A DNA stretch of 64,000 nt, from positions 177,741,958-177,805,957 of the forward strand of contig NC_133621.1 of the NCBI RefSeq assembly GCF_048593235.1, given 5' to 3'. The translations under genes and the position numbers were made by a program. Every line of letters begins with the position of its first letter. Within the stretch, counting starts at the first letter, position 1. The notes beneath the pieces are model-generated. The model made no database searches. It was not told where the DNA came from and saw only the letters and a program-made list of their open reading frames with translations. Below, one piece after another: positions 40,333-54,527 of this stretch. The DNA comes from Sminthopsis crassicaudata (Eukaryota).

Positions 40333-41653
40333 AATACTAATGTTCAAAGAAGTATAAAATGCAGGGTGAAAGGCCTTTCTGCTTCTGCAATAGAAAGGGT
40401 AAAAAAAAACTGTTGGCCTTTATAAATGAACTTAGAATATAATCTCACTGTTCAGTTTTCTTCTAAGAAGCAAGTTAATCAGTGTTTGAAAACTCCCCTC
40501 CCCCCCCCAAAAAAACCCCAAAAAACAAAACTTCAGATTCTTGAGAAAGTAAAGAAGATTAGTGATATATAGGATGTGGTAACCTATTCAATTGACTTTC
40601 TGTCCCCTAAAAGAAGTCAGAGCACTATTCACATTAATTAGTTAGTTCAACTTCAGTGAGTTTAGCTTCATTTTTGAATGGTTTATATTGGCACATGAAG
40701 TTAGTTACTGTTGAATATTCCACACAAATCTCTTAAGCCAGTTTCTAATGCCTTATTTTCCTTTTAATTTATATTAACAGATATTTTGGTTTTTCATTTA
40801 TCATAATATCCTTAATATTTCTCAAAATTAATCATTGAATATAAAGGAAACATGTAGCTGATTAAAAATGATCCTTTAAGTAATATATTTTTATGGCCCA
40901 AATATATGAGTGTGAACAAATATATAAACTAATTTTATTATCATTTACTTTGCATATATAGGTTTCTGTGTTATGCGTAGGAATATATAATAAAAAACAA
41001 GAGCCTGATTTTAATGAATGTATCATCTAATTATCTGTAGACCATGTAGAGAGAAAAAATGTATATATATGTGTATGTATATTATATACACACATATATT
41101 TTTACTGAGAGACAAAGTAAAGATTATATAAGTATTTTGAGTTTTAGGGGTTATAGAAAGGCTAAACTCTCCTTAACCTTACCCTAAAATTTTGCCCTTT
41201 GACTAATTCTTGGACTTTTACAATCAGTTTCTAATCTAAAATAATTAACAAATTGTCTTGAATTTTATTAACCACATTTTCCCCTTTATGCATTAACTAT
41301 TTATTTTTCAAAATCCTTACTGTATTGATAATTATGCTGTGTAATCTCTCCCTGGAAACTCAGAAATATTAATTAGTTTTCTTAGTACCTAAAGTTCAGT
41401 CTCCCCTATTTTTATTTTTAATCTGAAGAGAAGTACAAATTAATTTACAAAAACCTAAGATTCTAAGAAATTTAATTCTCTTTTAAGCCTCTTTTTTGGT
41501 TCATATATTTGATTCTATAGAACAAAGAAATCTTAATGATATGTGACCTCTATCTTGGTTGAAATGTACATTTTTTATGAACATATCACATATCTTCATA
41601 GACTTAAGACTGAAAAACATACAACTAATACAAAAAATTTTTAACAACTTTGT

Positions 41654-41892
41654 TTTGTTGTTGACGTGTTTTAATCCTGTCTGCTTCATTGTGACCCCAT
41701 TTTGAAGATTTCTTGGCAAAGATATTAGAATAGTTTTCTGTTTCCTTCTCCAGCTCATTTTACATTTGAGGACTTGAGGCAAATAGGGTTGTGACATACC
41801 TGAGTCACACAGCTAGCACGTATGTGCTCAAATTTGAACTCTGATCCTCGTGACTCTGGGGCTGGTTCTTTACACTGAACCATTTAGCTGCC
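41654..41892 (-). mobile_element. MAR1-like CORE-SINE
   Basis: gtgaccccattttgaagatttcttggcaaagat...catttagctgcc. Confidence 0.72.
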
Positions 41893-42558
41893 TTAATTTT
41901 GATTTGCTCTCATATAAATAAATGGAGGTCTGTTTCAGAGATAGTGTATAAACAAAATTGTGCTATATTGTTTTTCTATCTAAATATAATTAATCAAGAT
42001 TAAAGAAATAATCCAATCTTATACTTTACCAAAATTAACATCTTCACTCTATTCTTTACATAGCTATTTTATGTGTTCTGGGCTCAGATGACATTCAGAT
42101 TTACCAAACAAACTGAGGGCTATTCTTTGGTAGTGAAGATGAAAATGGTTACTTGAAGTTAAAATTTTGATTTCTATTAAAATTAAAATTTTATTTGTAA
42201 GATATAGGGTAACACCAAGTTTTATGAATATTTTTACAGTTTAAATGTTAAAAAAAAACCATTAAATTTGTTCTGGCTTTGATTAGGACAAAAGGGAACG
42301 AACTTCAGTCTTCTGGTGCTTGTGGAGGAGGAAAGGGTGACAGTCAAGGACAGAAATGGGGAATGCTAAAAATATACTTTGCCTACTTCACAAATTTAGG
42401 ATTAGGTCTATGTATGATATCAGTAAGCAAATGCATTCTAGATGAAGGAAAATGTTAACCACCATTCCTATTTAGATCAAAATTTTTTTTGTTATTAACT
42501 AGATGAAAACTATGGTCTATTGTCTGCAAAGGATAATTCTGTTCTAAGTATAAAATAG

Positions 42559-42825
<267 letters not shown>

Positions 42826-43628
42826 TGAATCACTATCATCTCTCTCAATTTCTCTGTTTCTCTTTCGCTCTCTGTTTCTCTCTTTGTTTCTGTCTCTCTC
42901 TGACTCCCTCACTCATACTCTCTCTTGATCTGTTTTTAGTTTGTATATCTGATTCTATAGAATGAAGAATACCTTTAATTAATATTTATATTCTTAGTTT
43001 AAATGAAAATAAGATTCAATCTATTGCTATAAATAAGACAAGGTTTTAAATCTTAATTCTATATCCCAATATCCCAAATAGGCCATTTTCATTAGGATGG
43101 GCAGCTTATTATATAGGCAGTTTATAGAGGAAAGCTTATTGAATTTGGATTCGGGAGTTGTGGGTTTGAGTCCTTGTGCTGCCCTTCCTGCTTCTGTAAG
43201 TTTCAGTAAAACAGCCTTTCTGGGACTTCATCTATTCAGTAAAATTAAGAAGATTAGATGATCTCTAAATTACCTTTCAAGCTTTAAATCCTATGGTCTC
43301 TCACTTAATCTAACAATTCCTTTTTTTTTCCTGTGTATCAGCTTTGCCCTCTACTGTTCAGAATCAGTATTAAAATAACCAAAGTGTGTATGGTGGGGAG
43401 GGGAGGATTTGAGTAAATTGATAAAAATGCCCTCTTGGTAGCTCACATTAAATTGGATTACCAGTACTACTTTATTAAAGTAATCAATTTGTTATTTAAA
43501 TGTGTTTTCCCATTAAATAGGCACTCCACCAAAGAACATAGAGAAAGGGGTGTGGGATAGGCAAGAAGGAAAATAGATGGTTATCTAAGGGAAGGAAGAA
43601 GGAAGAGAATAATACAATCAGGGCATAA

Positions 43629-43895
<267 letters not shown>

Positions 43896-44710
43896 TAGAT
43901 TTTAAACTAGATTTAAGCTGTCAGGTCCTTTCTTTAGGCACAAAAATGGTGCAGAGTCTTTCCCTTGACCAACCCTCTCTCTCACTCATTCCCTAAACTA
44001 TCACCTTTCAGGATCCCAGATTTTACCACTATGCTGGGCTATACTGTCCCAGGTGAGTGTGCCTGATAAGATGTCAAGCTTTAAAGTGGGATCAGTGTAA
44101 GTCTGTAAGGAATCTGCATCTAGTGTGCTGAAGGGGGAAGATGCTGGATGCCATCTTTACTGCACAACTAACTCAGTCACATTTGTTTCTATTCTTATTC
44201 TCTCTGCCATTCCTTTCCACTGGAATTCTCCTGTATTGTTAACAAACTCCACATTTATCCTAAGAGCTTTTCCTTTCATGTTCTTTCTGTCTTTTCTGAA
44301 ACCTATCTTTCCCTTGAAGAAAAACCATCTCTTAGTATCTTCTTTAAGGATTGAACTTTTTTCTCACTTGTCTATCATACTGGGCCAGGAGAGAGTTTGG
44401 ATACTCCTTGTTTTCCATTTCCACTTTCAGTTTCTTCATCTGTCATTATTATCCAGAAGACACTTCATTTCTTTGAAAATTCACTCCATTCTGCCTGATC
44501 TTTGTTGCTGTTATCTTTGGACCTCCAGGTATCAGTCTCTCTCCCCAATTAAGTTCAATATTTGGCTCTAAATTTTTTTTTTTTTTTTAACCTTGATTCC
44601 TTCTAGATGTTCTCCTTTGAATACAATGACATCTTAATTCCTCAACTCTTATAACCTCTTTCTTTGATCTACCTGAACCAGGCATAGAAATGATTAAAAC
44701 CTAGGACAGT

Positions 44711-45345
44711 TACTAGGATTTGTATTCCAAGAAAATCTTTAAAAAAGGAAAAAGGATTCACATGTGCAAAAATATTTGTAGCAACTTTTTTTGTGGTAGC
44801 ACAAAATTAGAAAATGAGTTGATGTTCATAAATCAGAGAATGGCTAAATAAATTGTGATAGATGAAGGTAATGAAATATTATTTTAATAGCTTTTTATTT
44901 ACAAGATATATGCATGGGTAATTTTTCAGCATTGACAGTTGCAATGAACTATTATTTTTTATAAAAAATAATGAACAATCTGATTTTTAGAGAGGCCTGG
45001 AAAGATTTACAAGAACTGATACTAAGCAAAACAAAAAGGACTAGGAATATATTTTACACAATAACAGCAAGAATGTGGGAAGAACTATGAAAGACATGGT
45101 TCTTCTCAATGGTTCAGTAATCCAAAGCAATCCCAATAGACTTTGAACAGAAAATGCCATCTGCATCCAGAAAAAGAACGGAGACTGAATGTAAATCAAC
45201 ACATGCTATGTTCACTTGTTTTTTCTGTTTTGTTTTTTTTTAATCTCTCCCATGGTTTTTCCTTTTTGCTCTGATTTTTCTCTTCATAAAGTAATATATA
45301 TTAAAAATAAATAAACTTACTAGGAAAAATATAAAAAAAAAAAAA
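44711..45345 (+). mobile_element. L1 3' region with poly(A), carrying a nested insert
   Basis: ORF2 C-terminal text (cacatgtgcaaaaatatttgtagcaac; agagaggcctggaaagatttacaagaactgat); AATAAA and A tail at about 45306-45346. Confidence 0.8.
44886..44942 (-). mobile_element. 57-nt L1 3' terminus nested in the host L1
   Basis: Near-identical to the terminus at about 6216-6270; 16-bp TSD AATGAA(A/C)TATTATTTT at 44870-44885 and 44943-44958. Confidence 0.85.
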
Positions 45346-45639
45346 ACTTAGGCCAGGGGTTTCCAAATTTTATATAACAATATCTCCCTTATCCAGGTGC
45401 AAGCTAATTTTTTTTTGGAGTTCATTTATGTCTTTCACAATTTTCCTTCTGAGTTTGAATTTTTTGGTATCTCTGCCTTTTAAAAATAAAGTTGGACATA
45501 TATCTTTGTAAATACTCATTCTTTATTCAATTTTGTTGGCATAATATTGAATGTAGTCGTTTTAAATAATTTTCTTTAAGTCCTCTCTAATTTTCTTTTT
45601 GTAAATTCTTCAGTCATGAAAACTATTGAAAAAATTTTA

Positions 45640-46140
45640 AACTCAGGGATTAATAGGGAGATATTGGAGATTTTTGAGTGGGATCAGGGGTGATCTGCTT
45701 AGAGTTGTCTTTTAAAAATATCAGTGTGATAGATGTTTGGAGAATGGATTAGTGAGATTAGAGATTGAAGGGAAGGAGATAATTGAAGAAAGGACCACAA
45801 TAGTCTACACAAAAGTTGATGAAGTCCTGAACTAAAGTAGAGGCTATGTTAGTAAAAGAGAGAACAGATTAGAACAGAAATTAGATTTTGAAGAATAAGT
45901 ATAGATAAGACTTACAACCAATTGAGAGATAATGTTTGAGGGAGAACAAAGTGTTAAAGATGACTCTGAGATTACAAATCTGGTCAAGTATAAGTATGGT
46001 AGTGTCATCAATAGGTACAGGCAAATTTATATAAGAGAAAGGTTAAAAAGAGATTAAATATGAAATGTTATGTTTCCGACATGTTGAAATGAGATGCTTA
46101 CAAGTCCTTCAAGTGATGATGTCCAGCAGGAAGTAGAATG
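45640..46140 (-). mobile_element. L2 fragment
   Basis: ggagatttttgagtggga...gagaatggattag...aagatgactctgagatt. Confidence 0.55.
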
Positions 46141-46214
46141 GAGTTCTCAATACAAGTCAACTGTATAAGACATCTGTCAACAATGTTAATGCAATCTCAC
46201 ATTAAGGGAAACAT

Positions 46215-46420
46215 TTTTTCTAGGAATAAGTAGTTGATGGTCTCACTGTCTTCTATCCTGTCAGTCCATAATGTAAGTATCACATTTACTTTTGGATGCT
46301 TCAATTTAGGAAGAACAATGATCAGAGAGCATTTAAAGAAGGCAATCAAGATGGTGAAAGACCTTTAGTCTATGGCATGTTAAAAGAACTGGGGATGTTT
46401 GTCCTAGAAAAAAGAAGGTA
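46215..46420 (+). mobile_element. L3/CR1 3' fragment
   Basis: aaggcaatcaagatggtgaaagacc...aaagaactggggatgtttgtcctagaaaaaagaagg. Confidence 0.65.
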
Positions 46421-48743
46421 GGGAGAGTTGTGTTCAGTATTTTTAGGGGAAAAAAAACAGAAGCAAAAGAAGAATTGAATAGTCTGCCTTCCCATTTCAT
46501 TTACTTTGGTCTATCCTAAGTAGTTGCCCTGTCCCTTTTGGGATCTTGCTCTTGCTTCCAACATAACCTTATATGTTTTTTGCTTTTGTTTTTGTATTTT
46601 GCTATCTTAATCATGCACTACTAATTTTAGCTTTTTCTGAGCACTTAGGTAACTTTGACACTATATTTACAAAGGAAGATACTACTCTTATATGATCGCT
46701 TTCCGTGTCATGCATGCTTTTGCTTGTATCTTCCAAAAGGGTCTTTTAAAATTATGAGGGGATGAGATCTCTATTGAACCACATCAGTCTTTCAAGTGCT
46801 CTAAGTTCAGGGACTTTTAAATTTTTCTCTTTGTATCCCCAGCAGCTAGGATAGTGTCTGGCATTTAATAAATATTTGTTGATTGATTGATTTAAATAAT
46901 TCTCCCTTTTTGTTCTTAGTTCAACTTCTACAGACATTTAGGACATTATATTTTGCTTTTTATCTGAATACTTTGAAATTTGCTTTCCCAACATTTGAAG
47001 TGTATAGTAGACTATTTTCTATCATGATAGTAGACACTCTTGCCCAAGGCTCTTTTCATTTGACCTTCTCTTAATTTAGCCCTGAAGTGATCAAAATCAA
47101 GTTCAGTATAATAGTCCTTTCATTTCTTCCTTCATATTCTGTAATTTGTATCTATGCCTTGACTTCTAACTTGATTTATCTTATTCTGAGCCTTGTGGGA
47201 ATACCAATTAAATGATTTGTGATGATCCTGAGATTCACAGGAAGGAAATTGAAAATGTAATATCTAAGTTATGGACTGAATAAGATAGAATATAATAGAA
47301 TCATCATTGTCCCTCCCTGCAAGTCTTGGGGAATACTTAGTGTCAATAAAGAGAAAGCCACATAACAGGATAAAGGAGCACATTATTTATATACTGACAT
47401 AAAAGGTTGACTGCTTCTTTTCCTTTCCACTAGCTCTGAAAACAATATGTTCTGATTGGCAAGCAAAAGATGCTGGATATGAGGCATCTGCTTCTGCATT
47501 GGAACTATTGGGCTTTTATAAATAGACCAGATTGTAATCTGCCACTTACTACTATATTCATTAGTGAATGAGATTGCTAGAGATAAGATTTATGAAGATT
47601 ATGACTCTGGAACGGGGGGGGGGGGGAATGGAGTAATTTATAAAAAAGATCTTGAAAACTGAAATTCTCAGAAATTAAGTTCAATTAGAATGGTAAACTG
47701 AGAATGGAGACTGGTCCTCAACTCACAAATATATGAAAGTTTCCCCTCATTCCTTTCCATGAACTACAGATGTAGATGATTCAGGAATATCTCCAACCAT
47801 TCCCCAAGATTTGGTAGGGTAAGCGGAAGGAGGCTTATTATATGGCTAGAGATGAATGGTTTCATGAAGGAAAATGTGACCCATTTGTTTTTATTTTTTC
47901 TTAGATAAATTATGATCACAGTATGTTAAGTAAATCTGAGTCTGATGGATATGTTATAAACCAGAAGAAATGAGGCTAGGGATGAGAAAAGCACTATAAA
48001 ATTGATTTTAAGTCATGTTTCTCACCATGGGATATGAATACTACGAGGGGGTATGGGAAGTTGATCAAGGAGCATGAAGAATTGGGGTAAATAATCATAC
48101 TATTAATACAAATTCATACATTTTATTTCTTATGTATATATGCATGGTAAACACTAGAATTTACTTATTTTTATGTCAATGGAGTTACAGGAAGGTTTAT
48201 TAAAAAGATATTGCCATAGTGTTTGCTGTTTGTTTATTGTTCTTGAAGAGGACTATGACTTCAGGGAGGTGATGTCATGACCAAGAAGTAAGGAGATTGA
48301 AAAGCTTAAGAAATATAGATCCTATATTTTTACATTTTGAGTAATATGTGATTTCTTCTAATAATTAAATTCTGAAACTGACCAGTTATATTGCTTGAAG
48401 CCATGGGTGAAGCTGGCTAAGCAGGATAATAACATGGACTTTTATGGAGATTAATGTGCAAGAAAGACTGACAGAAACTTGGACTTTTGGCCCAGTTAGA
48501 AAGCCATCTAGTGGGCAACTCAGATCTTGCATTTTCTTTTTAAATAAAACAGCCTGGTACTTACCTTTGCTGATTTAAAAATGGCAGCATGTTAACAAAT
48601 TTGCATTCTTGGTAGTGCCATGAGTACCACAGATGTGAAAGAGGAATGAAATTTTTATTTTAAAAATGTTTTGAAACTCAGATATATGAAGAACATGAAA
48701 ATTATATTTCCTTAAAAAATGTAAAATTGTTTTTCTATTGTAG

Positions 48744-48836
<93 letters not shown>

Positions 48837-48983
48837 NNNNNNNNNNNNNNNNNNNNNNNNNNNNNNNNNNNNNNNNNNNNNNNNNNNNNNNNNNNNNNNN
48901 NNNNNNNNNNNNNNNNNNNNNNNNNNNNNNNNNNNNNNNNNNNNNNNNNNNNNNNNNNNNNNNNNNNNNNNNNNNNNNNNNNN
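48837..48983. other. Assembly gap
   Basis: Run of N in GYS2 intron 15. Confidence 1.
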
Positions 48984-49539
48984 AGATATTGCTACTGATA
49001 GCATTTAATTATTGACAAAATCAATATACACTACTTTTAGAACATTCAAATTAAAGCAGATCAGAAGAGAATGAATATTAGGATGGATGACTGTGTGGGC
49101 AAGAAAATAGGATTGAATGGGAATCAATAGTATAAGTTGAAGGTTTTGCCTTGGTGAATAGAACAGATACTTCTTTGTAAGAGACTAGAATAAAGGAGGA
49201 GAGAATGCTGAGTAGTGTTCCTCACTTGGTAGACAGATCACTCTCTCATTTCTCTGAAGAAGCTGGGGAAGGACTTATTTTTGAAACCTCTAATCAACAA
49301 ACATGCCTGTCCGAGATAGAGTAAAATTAAAATATTAGCTATGGTTAGTCTCTGGTAGGAATAATCAGGGCAGGACTGGGATGCAAGTGAAAGTCCTAGG
49401 AATCAGGACAAGTCCATCATTGGAATAGAAGCACAACATAGCTGAAAGTTGGTTAGCTCCCTCCTCTTTACAATGATGCAAGTCAATTTCAAAGAATTTG
49501 TGATGAAAAGAAAAAATTCTGTCCGTTTCCAAAGAGAGA

Positions 49540-49750
49540 GTACCAATGAACTTTGGATAAAATTGAAGAATAATTTTCTCATTTTGTTTTTTTTTCCTTT
49601 TTGTGTGTGATATGGCCAATACAGAAATATATTTTTGCATGATTTCACATACATAAGTGATAATTTGTTACTTGCCTTCTCAATGGCTGGGGGAGGGAGA
49701 GAAAGCATTTGAAACTCAATTTTTAGAAAGATAATATTAAAAATAAATCA
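49540..49750 (+). mobile_element. Old marsupial L1 3' UTR end
   Basis: gcatgatttcacat...gccttctcaatggctggggagggagag...aaactcaatttt; the same family text occurs reversed at about 33610-33715. Confidence 0.6.
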
Positions 49751-50666
49751 TTTTAAAAGGAGAAAAAGACATTTAGCTACAAATTCCCTTTATAAAAAAT
49801 CAGGTTCTAAATATGCAAAACATAAAAATTTTATGAACAGATTAGTGGACACATAAAGGATGCATGTCTGAGCCCATTTAGAATCAGGACATTTCCCTCC
49901 AGTGGTATATCTTTGCAGTAGACTTGTTCAATGGCTGTGGCTCATTGTGGGATTCCAGCTGGAGGAAAATCTGAGGCTTGCTCCCAATGTTCCATGATCC
50001 CTTTATCTGGGCCCACACCTAGACATTTCCTCAAAATTTCTGATCATCTGCCACCTGCCATTGTTCTCCCTCCTTTTTGCTTTCTTTTGCTCCATTCTGA
50101 GCTTTGCTATTCAACTGTGTGTGTCACAAAACTCAGCCCTGTATAAGACTTTGCCCCAATTAATCTCAGGGCCTTTGCCTGGGCCTGCAGTTGTGCACCT
50201 CTCTAGCAGAGAGCACAAATTTCTTTCCTCAAGGGGCTACTTTCTAGCTCTTGTGGAGGGGTGTAAATATGACTATTCCACTTAACTGTAGTTATAGCTC
50301 AACAAAATATTTCAGGGCTTGAGTGTCATATATTTTAAAATTTTCCACTATACAGCAGAGTCCATAGCTCCAGTTTTTTCATGCCATTAAAAAAATTTTC
50401 CCCAGGCAATAAGCCTATAGCATTTGAATATAGAAGTTTCCTATTAAATTCCATTATAGCTATAGGTGATATATTTCCAAAGGAAGTTTGATGCGAGGAT
50501 CAGAGGGTAGACTTTGACTTCAATACTAGAAAAAATTACTTTGTGCTTCTCAAATGGTTTTTTAGAAGGAGGTTGGAAAATAATAATCACTTATAAGATC
50601 CCAAATATTCATTTAAAGAAGCATTTTTGTCTTCATCAATATAGTCAGTGTAAATGTAGTTGTCTG

Positions 50667-50915
50667 GGAGGTAATAAGGTAGAATGGAAGCTAGGTCCTG
50701 AAGTCAGGAAAACTCATCTTCCTGAGTTCAAATCTAGTCTAAGACACTTACAAACTGTGTGTGACCCTGAACAAGTAATTTAACACTGACTACCTTAGTT
50801 TCTCATTTGTTAAATGAACTGGTGAAGAAAATAGCAAACTACTCCAATGTCTTTGCCAAGAAAACCCCAAATGGGGTCACAAAGAATCAGACATGATTGA
50901 AATTAGTGAACAATA
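50667..50915 (+). mobile_element. MAR1-like CORE-SINE
   Basis: gagttcaaatctagtctaagacac...tttgccaagaaaaccccaaatggggtcacaaagaatcagacatgattgaa. Confidence 0.78.
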
Positions 50916-51728
50916 ATTTAGTTGTCTCATAAAACTTCATTAAGAAGCTATTCAAAAAGACAAGTAATCTTTATTTTGTTTGGATGCTCAATATTAAAAT
51001 GAAACCACAGTAACCCTTATTTCAATAAAAATTTTTAATAAATCTGAGGAATTTAATGTTTAATCATACACAGTAGATGTATCCTTTTTTCAACACAGCC
51101 AGTATTGATAAAAACAGGTATTCTACCATTAATACCTATTCTAACAGCAATATGGGTAAGGGATGTGGAAGGACAGTTTTATTTAAAAAAACTAAACAGA
51201 GTTGCTTTTGTCAAAAGAGCTGAATAGATTCAGACTAAAAGGTATCATTGTCACCTTTAAGTGTGTCAACCTCCCATTCATAACATTTTCCTGACCTAAT
51301 AACTAACTCATTACAAAAAGGATCTATCAACAGAAGAGAATTTTAAGTGATCAACAGGGGATCATCCATTTAGAGCAGGAAGCAGTCTGAAAGGCTGCCT
51401 AATCCTATCCCTTCCTTTCACAGATGAACTGGAACCCAAGGTCATCAATTTTAAAAATTGGCTTTATTTAGGTTAAATAAATAATTGGCCTGATATTTGA
51501 ACCTATTCAAATCCAAATCTAGCACTCTTTCCACTGAAGTAGTAGACCTTTCCTGTTTTTGGTTACTCTATTGATCAATCTCTGAAGTCAGAATAAATTA
51601 CAGATTAGTGGTACCTGGGCAGATAGCATATGAAAGAATTCTATTAAGTAGACTTGTGCCAAGTGAGGTATAGCTCAATTTTTATAAAACTAGGAATACC
51701 TAGTAATTATAATGTTTGTTTCTGCCAG

Positions 51729-51944
51729 ACCCAAGGTTTTAAATTTCCAAGGCCTTCTTCAGTGCCACCTTCACCCACAAGCTCTCAACATTCCAGTCCT
51801 CATAACAGTGATGTAGAAGATGAGGATGAGAGATATGATGAAGAAGAAGAAGCTGAAAGGGATCGGATGAATATCAAATCTCCCTTTTTTCTAGGTCAAG
51901 TCCCCTATGAAAAGAAAAAGCAACATGGGGAACACAAGAATTGA
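51729..51944 (+). CDS. GYS2: GYS2 terminal coding exon 16 (216 bp incl. TGA)
   Basis: cag|ACC; [71 protein letters not shown]; SxxxS phosphosite ladder and the GYS2-type C-terminus. Confidence 0.97.
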   Translation, partial: TQGFKFPRPSSVPPSPTSSQHSSPHNSDVEDEDERYDEEEEAERDRMNIKSPFFLGQVPYEKKKQHGEHKN

Positions 51945-52204
51945 GTCTCTGTATTCTTGGCTATTCCTGGCTCTTTATCATGTAGAGAACTGTAACAGAA
52001 CTGTAATAGAACAAAACAGAAAGTACATAGACATTAGGGAGCACCACATATTAAGGAACTTAAACTAACAAAACTAAAAAATTCTTTATAGAAATAAACT
52101 TTAGAGAAAGTATCTTTTCCTTAGTGATGATGGAAAACTAGTCACTACAGAAAAAAGGCAGAAGAGACAAAAAAAATGTGGCAATTTGTTTCTCTCATCC
52201 TCAG

Positions 52205-52210
52205 AATAAA
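52205..52210 (+). terminator. Candidate GYS2 polyadenylation signal
   Basis: AATAAA 261 nt after the stop, followed by a GT/T-rich stretch (ttgttttgttttg); alternative AATAAA at 52093-52098 and 52921-52926; the site used cannot be determined from sequence. Confidence 0.35.
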
Positions 52211-54298
52211 ACACAATAAGCAAAATCCATTGTTTTGTTTTGCTGGACTTTATTTATTTAGATATTTCTCCCAGTTTCTCTACGTAAATATGATTAGTCA
52301 GTAAACTTAAAAATTTGGAAAACAGTCCATCAAGAAAAGCTGACAATATTTTTAAAAAATGCTTCTTTTAACATTAAAATGGTTCTCTATTTTTTTTTTT
52401 GAGGATCATAACAAAGTATCACCTATAATGTGCTAAATACAAAAATATAGTAATTGCCTTCCTACCAACTCAAAGTATTTTTTTCAAAGGGTCCAGACTC
52501 TAATAGTGCATGCTCCAGAGCTGATGATTTAAAAGTGAATCAATCAAAGAGTATTTATTGTAATTATTAATTGCCAGGTCCTATGTTAAGCACTAGGAAC
52601 TTAAATATAAAAGTAAGACAGTTCCTGCTCTCAAGGAACTTATAGTCTACTTGGGGTATGTATGAATTTTGTCAGTGCCTACACAAGAAAGGATTTCTCT
52701 TTTTAGCTGGTATAACTCAGAGTCTCATTATCTACAGGAAAATACCCATCTTTGGGCCTGAAGAATTAATTTTCAATTCAAATATAACTCCCTACAAACC
52801 AAAATTCATTTTCAAAATAATAATGGAAGGTATAAACTCATATATAAACTAGTACAAATAATTTTAAATTTCCTTAAATAGAAACCCTAATTCTTTGCAT
52901 AGGCCTCTTCTTCCATAGGAAATAAATGACAAAATCAAAATACACTAATATTCTGTGAATAATAATACTAACAAATGTGAAACCAACAATGTAAAAAAAC
53001 TTAACATCCATTTATTTTAATAACCAAGATTTACATTTTATATACATTATTTCTAGTTTTCCTCAACAACAATCCTATGAGTGCCACAAGTATTATCCCC
53101 ACTTTTATAGATGAATAAACTCAAACTTGAGAGATTATAAATGGCTTACTTAACTATTAAATATTAAGCTCTTCTGAGTCCAAGTCCAGGTGTCTTTCTA
53201 ATAGGCCGTGCTGACTTATCTTCAATTTTTATGGGTATACAAGATTAAAGTAATTTTGTTGTTATTAAATTTATAAAACTGAGCATGTCTGCTTCATGGT
53301 AGCAGTAATGGTTTTCAATCTCTATACGGCATGTTGAAACATACTATCGAATTATATAGATAAATATCTCAATCCTTTGTTGTCCTTTATTTTAATTGAT
53401 CGATGAGTATTTAATAAGAATGGATGAACAGATGAATGGGTGGTATCCATATTTATGGATACAAATAGAAATGACAAAAAAATCACAATCTTTGCTTTCA
53501 ATAAACTTATATTCTAATAGAGGTAAACAATATATATATGGAATAATAAATTCTATTGAGGGCAGAAAAATACTTACAAGATGGCCTAAGAGCAAAGTGG
53601 ATGGTAAAGCTAGAGAGTGAAGCAGAAAGGGGAATGGTAATACCTGGAAGTCTGGAAGACATAATGGTTATATAAATGACAAAGCTTTGATACATTTCTT
53701 TGCTCACCAAGATGAGGTAAGTCACACTGAACCTCAGTATGGAGGAGATGAAGTCTTCTTCAATATGTGTTTCATTTTTTTTGACACAAACAGAATTATG
53801 ATATAGTCCTTCGTCCACCCTGCTGCCATCATTGCTCCTCCATCATTCTCACAGCCCCAGGATGAAAAGGAGACAGGGCAAGTCTGTAGCTGTCACCACA
53901 ATGGCCCTTACCATGACTGAGCCCCTACTAATATCAAGCACTCTGTTAGGCATTGGATATATAAAGACAAAAATAGTTTCTGACCTGGAGAAATCACATG
54001 TACACTTATAAGTATATATTAAATTTATACACAAATAAGTATGTGATAATTATGTATTATTCAGGTTTTATATAAGATAGGACATTTGTGTTGAGCTCTG
54101 GCTGTTCAGGGGTTGTTCTGTGAGTGCTTAATAACTGCCAATCATTTTTAGATAGGAATTGTATTCACATAGTTATCAGGTTGAGGTATCGTGAGCATAT
54201 GCAATTTCTTATAATGCAGAGTTTTTCTTTGTTGGCTGACATTAAAATATACATAGATACACGAGAACAGATAATACAGATGTATGAATATGTATATA

Positions 54299-54527
54299 AG
54301 GCAGCTACTAAACCTAGAGTCAGGAAATCTCATCTTCTTGAATTCAAATCTAGCCTCAGACATTAGCTCTGTGACCTTGGGCAAGTTACTTAGCCCTGAT
54401 TGCCTCAGTTTCCTTTTCTTTAAAATAATTTGGAGAAGAAAATGACAAAATACTCCAGTATTTTTGCCAAGAAAACCCCAACTTTAGGGTCACAAAGAAT
54501 CAGGTTTGACTAAAAACTACTGAACAA
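54299..54527 (+). mobile_element. MAR1-like CORE-SINE
   Basis: gaattcaaatctagcctcagacattagctctgtgaccttgggcaag...tttgccaagaaaacccca. Confidence 0.78.

Noticed and set aside
52520-52600. TGATGA as a snoRNA C box
   Set aside because: No matching D box or terminal stem; the sequence runs into an L2-like end
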